Below, piece by piece: positions 51,191-61,084 of a stretch of 64,000 nucleotides of DNA. Each line of letters opens with the position of its first letter. Within the stretch, counting starts at the first letter, position 1. The DNA comes from a virus, in the IMG/VR virus record IMGVR_UViG_3300006871_000008, positions 1 through 64,000 of that record; one strand, written 5' to 3'. The notes below the pieces were generated by a model. The model saw nothing but the letters and a program-made list of their open reading frames with translations, had not been told where the DNA came from and ran no database searches. A program made the translations under genes and the position numbers.

Positions 51191-52359
51191 ACAACCTCCC
51201 CTTGAAACTCAAAGGTGATGCTGCGATTGTGCCGACCTTGTTGTGTGATCTGTGCATCCGGCGTTTTGATTACGCCACGCCATTGACGGTTCTCCCAATC
51301 CAACAGACCAATCTCCCTGCCCAATGAGGCCATCATAAAGTTCTTCATGTCTGAAACTTGCTGCCCCGTTAGATTGTTGACGGTCAGATGCAAGGTTTGA
51401 GACTTCGGCCACTTTGGATCGGCAAAGATGATTAGTGAACCGCCACGCGATTCGCGTTTGATGCGATTGAAAGAAAGCACGTCGGAATTGTCCGGCTCAG
51501 GATTTCGCAACACCAGAACAATGTCCGACGTGGCATACGGATAAGTAAGTGTGAGAGTGGCATGTCCAAGTACCGGCGGTGTCGTCGAGGGTGCTGTGTA
51601 AGAGGGGTCGCCACCCGTACCCACGAAGGGTGTATAGTTCTTCGGGGTACATCGACTTTCAACAACGCCTATTGCCGATTGGGAAAAGGAAATGGCCGAG
51701 TTTACTGACCTTTTAAGGACGGCTGTATATGTTGCTTGACTATCAAAAGCAATTACGTGTGATACCTCATCGCCCTTCCCAACCGTGACTGCTTGCGTCA
51801 ATGCCAAGGTGCTGATGGCGATATTCTTTCGCTCAGCCGTACTGGTCAAAGACATAGTGGTGGTGGCAGAGGCCGGACGTGGCCGGCCTGCAACCGATGA
51901 CAACACCATTATCGAGGAAGCTGCTACTGTGAAGTCATGCGCTACACCCACAACTTGTACAAAGTTTAGTGGAGTAACTACTTCCTCGCTCTTGATATTC
52001 GAGATAATGTCCTGCTGGAAGTCTAGCGCGCTGCTTACGCTGCGAGCATAGTTCACTGTCTCAGTTGCGGTGGACGTGAATGCCAGGATACTGTTAATTG
52101 GGATCGTCGTATAGACCGCTGTATCCGTGAAGGCGAGTGTGGATGATGCCACACCAAAAGCATCGCGCTGGTATGTAGCGGACTGCGAGAAGCTGATAGC
52201 ACTGCTGACAAGGACTGGCTCATCTACCGCCGTGGCATCGCTAGTAAACGCCAGTACCGACTCTACGGACTGCTCCAAAGGATTGTCCGTAAGATCAATG
52301 CCAAGGGTTTCATTACCCCAAAGACTATCGGAAGTACCTAGCCGTCCTGTTAGCGACAT
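51187..52359 (-). CDS. minor tail protein (Ser/Thr-rich repeats plus Dit-like C-terminus)
   Basis: repeats of S.L.F.Q/S.A; tail context. Confidence 0.7.
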   Translation of the reverse strand: MSLTGRLGTSDSLWGNETLGIDLTDNPLEQSVESVLAFTSDATAVDEPVLVSSAISFSQSATYQRDAFGVASSTLAFTDTAVYTTIPINSILAFTSTATETVNYARSVSSALDFQQDIISNIKSEEVVTPLNFVQVVGVAHDFTVAASSIMVLSSVAGRPRPASATTTMSLTSTAERKNIAISTLALTQAVTVGKGDEVSHVIAFDSQATYTAVLKRSVNSAISFSQSAIGVVESRCTPKNYTPFVGTGGDPSYTAPSTTPPVLGHATLTLTYPYATSDIVLVLRNPEPDNSDVLSFNRIKRESRGGSLIIFADPKWPKSQTLHLTVNNLTGQQVSDMKNFMMASLGREIGLLDWENRQWRGVIKTPDAQITQQGRHNRSITFEFQGEVV

Positions 52360-53288
52360 TATTCCTTACTCCAATGCAAGAGCCTTCCAATGCCCTCATG
52401 GGTATTGTTGGAGTTGGCAGAGACAAAGAATCCAACTTGATCGGGACCACCACTCATGTAGGTAGTCTTACCGAATGACTTAATGAGAATCCAATTCTTT
52501 CCGTCAATGCCTGTGTAGAATTTCAAGTTAGTGCCGTCATTCTCGATCTTCAACCACACCACGTCTAGGGTGAACCAGCGATTAGACGACTTCTCGGTGG
52601 TGAAGAATGACGTGCTGGTATTCCAGATTGAAACCTCAAGATTCATGTATGAGGAATCATTGGCAGGGATGCAATTGATGGCGTTTAGTTTGCCATCTGA
52701 ATTCTTCCGAAAGCAAAGGCCAAACCTGTTGGCACTTCCACTTTGGATACTCGGCATACAACAACGCCAAGCCGCGATGTACGCATAGGGAGTTGAGGGT
52801 GCTGAGCGATATAGGACGTGGGCATTGGTCCCACTTTCAACTGGATACCGCATTAAGATCGTGCCATTTTGATCTGTGGCTGAAGCGCTACCCTGATGGT
52901 CCCAGGTGAAATCACTGACAGCAAGAGCAGCCGTAGCTCCATCATTCATAATCTTGCCGAAGGGTCGCTCGGCAATCGAGGCCCCAAATATGGGGTGATA
53001 GTCCATACCCCGCCGCTTCAAGCTACCTGCGGTAAGGACAAGGCTGATTGCTAAGGCGTCGGCATGGGAGGCTGCCGTAGTTCCCTCATGCCCGCGCGTG
53101 ACCGTAAGCGTATTGCTGGAACGGGCCGTACAAAGCATTATCTCGCTCTGGCAGACGAGACGGAAATTTCCTGTTGAGGGAAACACTGAGCCATCCGTGA
53201 CAGTGATACTTGTAACACTGTTATTGATCGACCCATTTAGGGTCGTCGTTGCCAGAGATTTGATTTGTTCTTTTAGGGGTGCGGTCAC
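52359..53288 (-). CDS. tail fibre/receptor-binding protein paralog 3
   Basis: TTLNG.INNS...RG.EGT.AASH N-domain; lectin-like beta C-domain; GTGA-coupled start. Confidence 0.75.
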   Translation of the reverse strand: MTAPLKEQIKSLATTTLNGSINNSVTSITVTDGSVFPSTGNFRLVCQSEIMLCTARSSNTLTVTRGHEGTTAASHADALAISLVLTAGSLKRRGMDYHPIFGASIAERPFGKIMNDGATAALAVSDFTWDHQGSASATDQNGTILMRYPVESGTNAHVLYRSAPSTPYAYIAAWRCCMPSIQSGSANRFGLCFRKNSDGKLNAINCIPANDSSYMNLEVSIWNTSTSFFTTEKSSNRWFTLDVVWLKIENDGTNLKFYTGIDGKNWILIKSFGKTTYMSGGPDQVGFFVSANSNNTHEGIGRLLHWSKE

Positions 53289-54223
53289 GATGCACGACTC
53301 CAATGAACCAGCCGGATATGGTTCGTTTCGCTGCCATTATCAGAATTGTTGCAGCCCCAGAATACTCGATTTGGCGCACCAGCCATGTGCGCGGTTCGGC
53401 TGGCCGAAGCAATTTGAATCCACTCCACACCATCCATGCTAATATAGAAAATCAGGTTGGTGTTGTTATCTTCCACCTTTAGCCAAACAACCGAGCCGAT
53501 AAACGTGATAGTAGTCTTTGCCAGCAAGTCAGTCGTGACTGTGGTGGCATTCGTCCACTGGTAAACTGCAACCTGTTTAGCACGGCCACCAGAGCGACTG
53601 TCAGCTTGAACAGCCAGCGTTGTCAACTTGCCTGTGCTGCTTTCCCGGAAGCCGAGGCAGAAGAACGCATAGTCAGGGCTACCTTCAACCGGCATGAGTG
53701 GTTGAAAGGCGGCGATGTAACTATACGGGGCCGAGGGTGCTGTGCGTTCGAGGATACGCACGTTGTCGCCAGAACTTGTTGTAGGGATAAGTAGGATCGT
53801 CCCATCTTCATCGGTCTTAGTGGACGACCCTTGATTCTGCCAAGTGAAATCTGTAGCCGCTAGTACGGTAACACCATCATCATCGACAAGCAGATTGAGC
53901 GGCAGCAGACTCGACCAACCCCACAGTGGAATGTTGTCGGCGGCAAGACGGTCATACCCATCGGCTGTAATGACTTGAAAGATTTTCTTGCCATCTGCGT
54001 GCGAGGCTGCGGTTGTTCCATCTTGCCCGCGAACAACAGTCAGGTTGTTGCTGGACCGGGCTGTGACCAGCATAATCTCGCTCTCGACCACAACGCGGAA
54101 GTTGCCCGTCGAGGGGTACACAGACCCATCCGTGACAGTCACGGTTGTAACGCTATTGTTGATCGCACCATTCAAGGTCGTCTCAGTAGCGTTCTTCGTT
54201 AGTTCTTTTGCAGGAGCGGTCAC
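53285..54223 (-). CDS. tail fibre/receptor-binding protein paralog 2
   Basis: same architecture; GTGA-coupled start. Confidence 0.75.
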   Translation of the reverse strand: MTAPAKELTKNATETTLNGAINNSVTTVTVTDGSVYPSTGNFRVVVESEIMLVTARSSNNLTVVRGQDGTTAASHADGKKIFQVITADGYDRLAADNIPLWGWSSLLPLNLLVDDDGVTVLAATDFTWQNQGSSTKTDEDGTILLIPTTSSGDNVRILERTAPSAPYSYIAAFQPLMPVEGSPDYAFFCLGFRESSTGKLTTLAVQADSRSGGRAKQVAVYQWTNATTVTTDLLAKTTITFIGSVVWLKVEDNNTNLIFYISMDGVEWIQIASASRTAHMAGAPNRVFWGCNNSDNGSETNHIRLVHWSRAS

Positions 54224-55158
54224 GATGCACGACTCCAATGCACCAGCCGGGCCAGTTGCTCGTAGGTGCTATTGTTGTAATTGTTGATGCCCCAAATGAT
54301 TCGATTAGGCCCACCAGCCATATGCCCTGTTCGGCTCTCCGTCTGGACCAATACCCACTCGATGCCATCGCCAACATAGAACTTTAAGTTGGTATTGTCA
54401 TCCTCAATCTTGAACCAAAGCAGATGATCGCAGAGTCCGTGGAATCGAACAGTCAAGCCTGTCCCGCTGAACGTGGTTGAATTGGTCCACTTGTAAGTTG
54501 ACAGCACCATGCCGTCAACCCAGAAGCCACCATTGTTTTGATTGCTCAAACAGATTGCACTCACCTTACTGGTGCTGCTCTCACGGAAGCCAAAGAACAC
54601 CAGTGGAATAGACCCGCTGCCAGGAATCAAGAGTGCGCGTAATGCTCCGATGTAGCTATATGGCGCTGATGGAGCGGTACGCTCTAAGATGCGAAGGTTC
54701 TCACCTGTCGCAGTCGGGGCACGCAGGAGAATGGTCCCGGCCTGATCTGTCTTTGATGCACTTCCTTGGTTCTGCCAAGTAAAGTCACTAGCCGCAAGGA
54801 TGGTGGAACCATCATCGGCGACCAGTTTGTTCAGAGCAGGTTGGCTCGAATATCCCCACAGCGGCACGTAGTCGGCATTGTACTGGTTAATGCTGGCATC
54901 GGTTAGGATCAGTGCAATCTTCGACAAGTCAGCGTGCGAGGCTCCCGACGTGCCCTCCTGACCGCGAACGACCGTGAGCGTGTTACTGGACCGTGCCGTG
55001 ACCAGCATAATCTCGCTTTCGCACTTCACGCGAAAGTTGCCGACCGAAGGAAACACGGAACCATCAGTCACCACGACGGACGTGGTGCTATTATTGATCG
55101 ACCCATTGAGGGTCGTCTGAGTCGAGTTGGCGAATTGCTCTTTTAGTGGCGCAGACAT
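54220..55158 (-). CDS. tail fibre/receptor-binding protein paralog 1
   Basis: same architecture. Confidence 0.75.
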   Translation of the reverse strand: MSAPLKEQFANSTQTTLNGSINNSTTSVVVTDGSVFPSVGNFRVKCESEIMLVTARSSNTLTVVRGQEGTSGASHADLSKIALILTDASINQYNADYVPLWGYSSQPALNKLVADDGSTILAASDFTWQNQGSASKTDQAGTILLRAPTATGENLRILERTAPSAPYSYIGALRALLIPGSGSIPLVFFGFRESSTSKVSAICLSNQNNGGFWVDGMVLSTYKWTNSTTFSGTGLTVRFHGLCDHLLWFKIEDDNTNLKFYVGDGIEWVLVQTESRTGHMAGGPNRIIWGINNYNNSTYEQLARLVHWSRAS

Positions 55159-55165
55159 GGCCGTA

Positions 55166-55202
55166 AGAAAACAGCGGGGTAGGGAGTATCCCTACCCCGC
55201 TG
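55166..55202 (-). terminator. intrinsic terminator
   Basis: CAGCGGGGTAGGG-ATACT-CCCTACCCCGCTG then TTTT. Confidence 0.85.
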
Positions 55203-55220
55203 GCTAAAGAGGAAAGCGAA

Positions 55221-55811
55221 TTAGCCGCTTACCGTGTAGGTGATTTTGAGAGTATCACCGTTAGAAACTGCAACAGTCGAGGCGAACGCAGCCGTCGCCC
55301 AGAGCGTGCCAGACGTGCCACCCTTCGTGTTGTTGCTTGTCACAAAGATGCCCTTGATCGTGGCCGTGGCATTGATTGTGAAGTCAACAGTGGACGAGTT
55401 GGTGATCGACCGGCTCGCAGCCGTACCTGCCGTCCACGTAGGACGATTGGCATTGCTGTAGGCTGTCGATTCAGTCCAACCGGCGTGGCTCGCCATTGTG
55501 TCCGCTGCGGCCAAAGCCGAGAAGCCGGAGTTGTCGATTAGGCCCAGATACCAAGTCGTAATCTGGGTTCCCGAATGGAAGTAGATTTCGAGGATGCTGT
55601 TAAGACCAACATCCACGATTCCATTGGGAATGGTAAACTGCGACAAGACCTGTCCATCGCGGATATGCTCAACGATGAATCGGCCCTTCATGTTCATTCG
55701 GGCCAGGGGCGGCGGGGCTTCCGCAGCAAAAGCCGGGGCAGAAGCAATGGTCGCACCATCACCACGCACCAACTCAAAGGCAACCGAATCTTCAAACGCT
55801 ACTTTGTTCAT
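55221..55811 (-). CDS. minor tail/virion structural protein
   Basis: N.IV..G.N..L, WYLGL, GW.E, GT.G.L, V.NGDTL.ITY pattern. Confidence 0.75.
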   Translation of the reverse strand: MNKVAFEDSVAFELVRGDGATIASAPAFAAEAPPPLARMNMKGRFIVEHIRDGQVLSQFTIPNGIVDVGLNSILEIYFHSGTQITTWYLGLIDNSGFSALAAADTMASHAGWTESTAYSNANRPTWTAGTAASRSITNSSTVDFTINATATIKGIFVTSNNTKGGTSGTLWATAAFASTVAVSNGDTLKITYTVSG

Positions 55812-55823
55812 GGTATCTCTCCG

Positions 55824-58800
55824 TTATGTTCTGAGACGAATGTTGCCTCGGCGGATTTCCCGGTTCAATGCCCGGCTAATATCGCGTCCGATGACTTCAC
55901 CAGTTTGACGATTACCCTGCGTGTTTACATTAACATCGCCAATGTTAAAGTTGGTGACAGGTCCACCAGCGGCCCTAAATACAGGTTGACGACCTGAGTT
56001 TATCGCAACCAACTGAGAAAAGAATTTCCGAGTTGATCGAGCGTTTACTACGAACTCACCCGGCGTTAGCATAGCCGGTACTGTATCAGTCCCGCGAGGC
56101 TTGAAGGGGCTTGGCCCACCGCCTGCAAGATACGCCGGAATGACACCACCCAAAGCCCGATACACTAGACCGCCAGTGGAGAATTCTTCTGCTCCACTGC
56201 CGCCGCCTCCCGCACGGGCTGCATTCAATTCGCGCTGAGCCGCCGCAGCATTACGCGCGGCCGCAGCTTCACTATTCAATTGGCCTGAGAGCGATGACGA
56301 AGCACTGCTGGCTGCACTGGCCGAAGTGGCGGCAGCCGATGTTGCCGATGCAAGAGCGCCTTCCTCAGTGGCAGCTTGGGATGTTGTGTTCAGCAACTCT
56401 TTAGCTGTGTTGAGTTGTCCTTCAACATTCGCACCCTGCTGCACTTGCTGATTTGCTTGCTGCAACTTGCTGGCATCTTGCACGTATTGTGCGATAGCTC
56501 CCGCCAGCGAACGATATGATTCCGACAACTTCGGATTCGAGGTTTCTGTTTCCTTACTCAATGCCAAAAATTGCTGAACAGCAGCCGTTGCAGCTTTTGT
56601 GTCACCGGACTCTGCGGCGGCAATTCCCTTTTGAGCAATCTCCAATGCCTTCTGATTGCCGATGACGGCATTGATGAATTGGTCGCTCAAGCCCGCTGTG
56701 ATGCCACTTGGATTGACAAGTTCACCAGCACCCGCTTTGAGTTTCTGTAAAACCTGTGTCACCGTTCCGGCATTGGTCTGCACACCTTGGGCTAGTTGCT
56801 TGAACTCAACTTCAATCTTAGCCAAGTCACGGACAACGGCATCCTTTGCAGTCGCCACGTTAGATTGCAACTCAGTCAGATTGGCCCCGGTCGAGATACC
56901 TTGCGTGGCCTGTTTCGCTCGTTGTACAATGGCCTTCTCAATTTTATCTAGGCCAGCACCTTGATTAAGCAGCTTCTCCGCATCCAATCCACTAGCCAAA
57001 GATAATTCGGTGAGTACCGGCTTGACCTTAATCTCAAACTCTTTGTTGTTCAAAGCAGCTTGCAGACTCGCCGCAGCACCCTCGAATGAAGTCTTAATAG
57101 AGACTTCCTTGCCCAACTGATCCGTCAGGGGCTTGCGAATATCTTTCAGCAAATCCCCGATGCCAAGTTTCTTAGCAAGGTCAGGATCGCCAGCTTTAGC
57201 CAACCGCTTCTGGATTTCCTCGGCAAGAGGAATGGCCTCGCGGAACTTAGCGATGCGTTCATCGTTGCTGAGTTTCTGGTCTTTGAGAGCGTCGTTTTGT
57301 AGCTTCTCGATTTGGGATTCGAGGGCTTTGATTTCCGCCAGATTTTGCTTCTGGCTGGCAAGTTCCTTTTGTGCGGTGGCCGCAGCTTCCTTTGCGAGAG
57401 CGGTCTTTCGCAACTCAGCACCGATCTGGTCGCCAAGCACGGCATTGATAGCATCTTCTGCCTGCTTCAAACGGGCACGGTCGCCAGCCTGCTTCGCCGT
57501 GTTGGCAGCAGATTCCGCAAGCGATGCAGCCTCTTGGCGAACGGCATCTGCCTGTTGCTTGGCCTGCACCGTGCCTTGGGCTTCAAGGTCATTGGCTTGC
57601 CGACGTAGGGCATTGATGCGGTTCAGGTCATTGAATACTTGCTGACCTTCGGGCAGACCTTGATTAGCTCGGTTGAATCGGTTTTGACCAACTGTGCGGG
57701 TTAGCTCGGTGATATTGGTAAACTGGTCCTGCTCGGCCTTGGCAGCGCCCTTGATTGCATCTTCTAACTTCCCGACGTAATCCTCATACGCCTTGATTCG
57801 GTCTTTCAACTGTGATCGAAGATTCTCGGTCACAAGTTGCTGAGACTTGATAGCATCCTGGGCGCTCTTGTTATAGAGAGCCTGGGCATCGGAGATAAAC
57901 TTTTGCAGGGCAGTTACGGACTTGTCCAACTCTTGCTTGCGGCCTTCCGCAATCAGTTGGTTTGCCTTCGTGGTATTTTCAGCATCCTTGCGGCGGGCCT
58001 CAGCACGGCCAGCAAATACATCGTCGAGAGCGGCCTTGGCCTTGTCACCTGCGCTACCTAGATCGGCAATGGCTTTGCCGAGAGCGATGACGCCAACAGT
58101 GATGGCGATGATCGGCCCGGTGGTAGCGATGAATGCTACGATGCCACGGCCAGCAGCTACAGCACCCGCCGCAACTTTGGCGAAGGATAGCGTGAGCAGT
58201 CCATTACCTGCGGCAAGTAGCGCGGCATTGAAGTTGGCCGCGAATAGATTGGCAGCATACACAGCAGCCGCAGCCGCCGCGATTTTGATTACGTTGGTCA
58301 ACCCGCCGAATGGGGCAGACAGTGCCGAGATTGCGGCCAAGGCATTACGGCCAATGTCCACAATAAACAGATTCTTGACCCGCTCTAAGTCTTGTTCTAC
58401 TTGCTTGGCATTCGTGTTGATGATGATGTTATTTTTCTGCTCAAGCAGATCAGCACCAACCGCCTTGATCTTGGCGAGGTTCTCGGCAGCGCGCTCAGCT
58501 TGATCGCCAGTCAATCCGATAACGCCGCGAGCAACGCGAATGTTCTCGGTCAGTTGCGTGATTTCAGAGGCCGTGTCACCAGAGATAGCTGTGATCTTTT
58601 CCAAGAACGGCAGGAACCCACCCGCTGCCTGGATGCCAGCTTCCGCCGTGCTAACTCCTAGCTCAGCAAACACCGCCTTCATTTCAGTTGTTGGCTTCAA
58701 CAGGCCACGGATCGTGTTGCCCAACAGGGTCATAGCCTCATCAGCCGGAACGCCCGTAACTGTGAGGGTAGCCAAGGCTGCCAGCACTTCGTCGATGCTA

Positions 58801-59867
58801 ACACCAACCTGCGCGGCCACGACGGTAACACGACCGAGAGAATCAGCAACTTGGTCCAGAGTGAATCGGCCCAAGTCAACGGCCTTAAACAACTTGCCAG
58901 AGATATTCGCCGCCTCAGACGTGGCAAGGTTGTAGGAATTCAGTACCGAGGAAATCGCATTAACGGCCTGTGGAGTTGTAGCCCCGGTCACGTTAGCCAA
59001 CTTCAATGCAGTCGCCAGCACGTCTGCACTTTCAGCAGCATTACCGATTTGATTCGACAGTAACTCATATTGTGCCGCTGCCACTTCTGTAACGGGCCGA
59101 CCGAATTCATCAGCCAGGGCACGAACCTGTTTGTTCAGTTGCTCAATGCCGCCGACTTCCGACCCGGCAATTGTCTGGATGCGGGCCAGGGTCTTTTCGT
59201 AAGTTACCGCAGCCGTCACGCCTTCGATCAGACCATTTGTAATTTTGCTGATCGCATTTGACAGTAAGTTGGCGGACACGACTGCCGCGAGGAACCCGGT
59301 ATTCAGGTTGCTCAGGAAGTTGCTGCCACCACCGCCAGCATTCTTAATACCATTCAGTTGCGTAATTAACTTCGCAATCTGAGCCTGTGGACCGACGAAG
59401 GCTGAACCCAAGTTGTTGCCGATGCTCTTAATCTGATTTGCAGTCAGACCGGCCCTTGCACCAACTTGGGAGATTTTCTGAATGAGGGCATTCGCCTGAT
59501 TGAGCGAATCGCCTGAAAGCCCTGCGGTTTCTCCGCCAAGGGACTTTTGAATTTTGATGGCGGAGGCTTGCTGAGTCCGCCGAGAAGCAGCCGCAGCCTC
59601 AGCAGCCGCAGCCTTCTGAGCGGAAGCCGCCGCCTGATCTTGGGCACGTTGCAAGCTGCCGAGAGTCTTAACAAGGTCCGTGACGGCCTTCGCATCCTGA
59701 TTGATGGAGCCGAGTAGATTCTGACCGGACTTGCTAAAGGCAGTATTGGCAGCCGCCGCAGCCTGCACGTTACGTGCATACTGGCTAAATAGGGAGCCGA
59801 GCGTTCGCAGCGTGCTAATCGCTTGCGAAGCATCTAACCCTAGCTTCTGTGTGATTTCATCTGCCAT
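55824..59867 (-). CDS. tape measure protein (TP901-like core)
   Basis: 1347 aa, Ala/Gln-rich helical; GTDTVPAMLTPGEFVVN near C-terminus. Confidence 0.92.
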   Translation of the reverse strand: MADEITQKLGLDASQAISTLRTLGSLFSQYARNVQAAAAANTAFSKSGQNLLGSINQDAKAVTDLVKTLGSLQRAQDQAAASAQKAAAAEAAAASRRTQQASAIKIQKSLGGETAGLSGDSLNQANALIQKISQVGARAGLTANQIKSIGNNLGSAFVGPQAQIAKLITQLNGIKNAGGGGSNFLSNLNTGFLAAVVSANLLSNAISKITNGLIEGVTAAVTYEKTLARIQTIAGSEVGGIEQLNKQVRALADEFGRPVTEVAAAQYELLSNQIGNAAESADVLATALKLANVTGATTPQAVNAISSVLNSYNLATSEAANISGKLFKAVDLGRFTLDQVADSLGRVTVVAAQVGVSIDEVLAALATLTVTGVPADEAMTLLGNTIRGLLKPTTEMKAVFAELGVSTAEAGIQAAGGFLPFLEKITAISGDTASEITQLTENIRVARGVIGLTGDQAERAAENLAKIKAVGADLLEQKNNIIINTNAKQVEQDLERVKNLFIVDIGRNALAAISALSAPFGGLTNVIKIAAAAAAVYAANLFAANFNAALLAAGNGLLTLSFAKVAAGAVAAGRGIVAFIATTGPIIAITVGVIALGKAIADLGSAGDKAKAALDDVFAGRAEARRKDAENTTKANQLIAEGRKQELDKSVTALQKFISDAQALYNKSAQDAIKSQQLVTENLRSQLKDRIKAYEDYVGKLEDAIKGAAKAEQDQFTNITELTRTVGQNRFNRANQGLPEGQQVFNDLNRINALRRQANDLEAQGTVQAKQQADAVRQEAASLAESAANTAKQAGDRARLKQAEDAINAVLGDQIGAELRKTALAKEAAATAQKELASQKQNLAEIKALESQIEKLQNDALKDQKLSNDERIAKFREAIPLAEEIQKRLAKAGDPDLAKKLGIGDLLKDIRKPLTDQLGKEVSIKTSFEGAAASLQAALNNKEFEIKVKPVLTELSLASGLDAEKLLNQGAGLDKIEKAIVQRAKQATQGISTGANLTELQSNVATAKDAVVRDLAKIEVEFKQLAQGVQTNAGTVTQVLQKLKAGAGELVNPSGITAGLSDQFINAVIGNQKALEIAQKGIAAAESGDTKAATAAVQQFLALSKETETSNPKLSESYRSLAGAIAQYVQDASKLQQANQQVQQGANVEGQLNTAKELLNTTSQAATEEGALASATSAAATSASAASSASSSLSGQLNSEAAAARNAAAAQRELNAARAGGGGSGAEEFSTGGLVYRALGGVIPAYLAGGGPSPFKPRGTDTVPAMLTPGEFVVNARSTRKFFSQLVAINSGRQPVFRAAGGPVTNFNIGDVNVNTQGNRQTGEVIGRDISRALNREIRRGNIRLRT

Positions 59868-60358
59868 CAGAAGGACCGCTTATCAAAATCGAAGAATTGT
59901 GTAAGGTCAGGAAGTTCGGCCTGTGCCGCAACTTGCAGAAATGCCTTTTTAGCCTGAGCCTCAAAGTTGTAGGGGCCGGGTGTTTTCAGGTGAATGCCCC
60001 AGATGCGGGCGTCAAAGAATTCGTTGATTATCAAATGCTTCAACGCTGTTTGGTATTCGATGGTCCACTTGCCATTGCCGCCTTCTAGGGTGGCTGAACT
60101 TTGTGATGCCCCTCTTGAGGATTGGTCGCTTTTGGCTTTACCGCGAGGCGCACCGATGGAGATTGGATGCTGTAGCAAGTGGGCCAGTGGCAAGACTGTA
60201 CCCACAGATTGACCGGCCCAAACTGGAACGATTCTGATGAACTCTGTTAGCCAAGCATCCCATGCCCGGAACAGTTGTCTTTGCATTTCATCGTCGATAG
60301 CCTTGATAGCTCCCGACGTGCTGAAATTCAACTCAGCAAAGAATCCTTCTAGTTTCAT
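59867..60358 (-). CDS. virion morphogenesis protein (HK97 gp10-like?)
   Basis: PVW.G.S motif; coupled to TMP. Confidence 0.55.
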   Translation of the reverse strand: MKLEGFFAELNFSTSGAIKAIDDEMQRQLFRAWDAWLTEFIRIVPVWAGQSVGTVLPLAHLLQHPISIGAPRGKAKSDQSSRGASQSSATLEGGNGKWTIEYQTALKHLIINEFFDARIWGIHLKTPGPYNFEAQAKKAFLQVAAQAELPDLTQFFDFDKRSF

Positions 60359-60590
60359 AAGCCTGCTGCCTGACCCGTGGCCTCGATAATCTCAATATCT
60401 TCGTGGTCACGAACTTGAGAGTATGCTAGAAGTTGAGCCTGAACCCAGGGGTCATTATCATCCCACCGCCGCTTCACGTTGGGCGGTAGGATGCCAAGTC
60501 TTTCGCACGTGCGCCATATCGCATAGTGCATCGTCCGAAACTTCGGCCAGAGGACCGACTTTACACCTTCCCCTGACCAGCTAAGAAAGC
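60355..60590 (-). CDS. tail assembly chaperone extension (putative -1 frameshift product)
   Basis: open -1 frame ...WPKFRTMHYAIWRTCERLGILPP..W..QAQLLAYSQVR, ends ATGA-coupled. Confidence 0.6.
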
Positions 60591-61022
60591 CTGTCGAGCA
60601 GCCTCCAACTTTGCTTCATCGAGAGCATTGGCTTGCAGAGCAAGACCAACGATCTTGTTGATTTCGATGATGGAGAACTTCGACTCTTGCAACTCGGTCA
60701 CATAGTTCGGCCACGTATCCGGCTTGAGCATGTCCACTGTTTCCCATTCCAACCCATCCGTAGCTTGCAGGGACTTGAGGATAATCCAGGCCATACGCCG
60801 CTCATTGTGCATATTGACAGCGGCCACGTAAGTCGGATCATCGGCAACGACTTCACGCCGATTGCGAACCACTCGAACAGGGGCCTTGGGTTCCAGACAC
60901 AACTTGTCAAACTCGTCATAGTCCAGAACAGCTTGAGCCTTGAACACAACCTCCCCATCACCGCGAGGAAGCACTAACACCGCAATGTTAGGGCATTCCA
61001 GCTTTTCACCATGAAACTTCAT
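60561..61022 (-). CDS. tail assembly chaperone
   Basis: between tail tube and TMP genes; AGGAG SD. Confidence 0.7.
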   Translation of the reverse strand: MKFHGEKLECPNIAVLVLPRGDGEVVFKAQAVLDYDEFDKLCLEPKAPVRVVRNRREVVADDPTYVAAVNMHNERRMAWIILKSLQATDGLEWETVDMLKPDTWPNYVTELQESKFSIIEINKIVGLALQANALDEAKLEAARQAFLAGQGKV

Positions 61023-61042
61023 TTTACGACTCCTGAGTTAGT

Positions 61043-61072
61043 AAAGGCCCCGCCCGCAATGGGCGGGGCTTT
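61043..61072 (-). terminator. intrinsic terminator after tail tube genes
   Basis: AAAGCCCCGCCC-ATTGC-GGGCGGGGCCTTT. Confidence 0.75.
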
Positions 61073-61084
61073 GTTGCTGAGAAC

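Noticed and set aside
52359-55158. Diversity-generating retroelement or shufflon
   Set aside because: No reverse transcriptase or invertase in the window; differences are not adenine-specific; copies are full co-oriented genes
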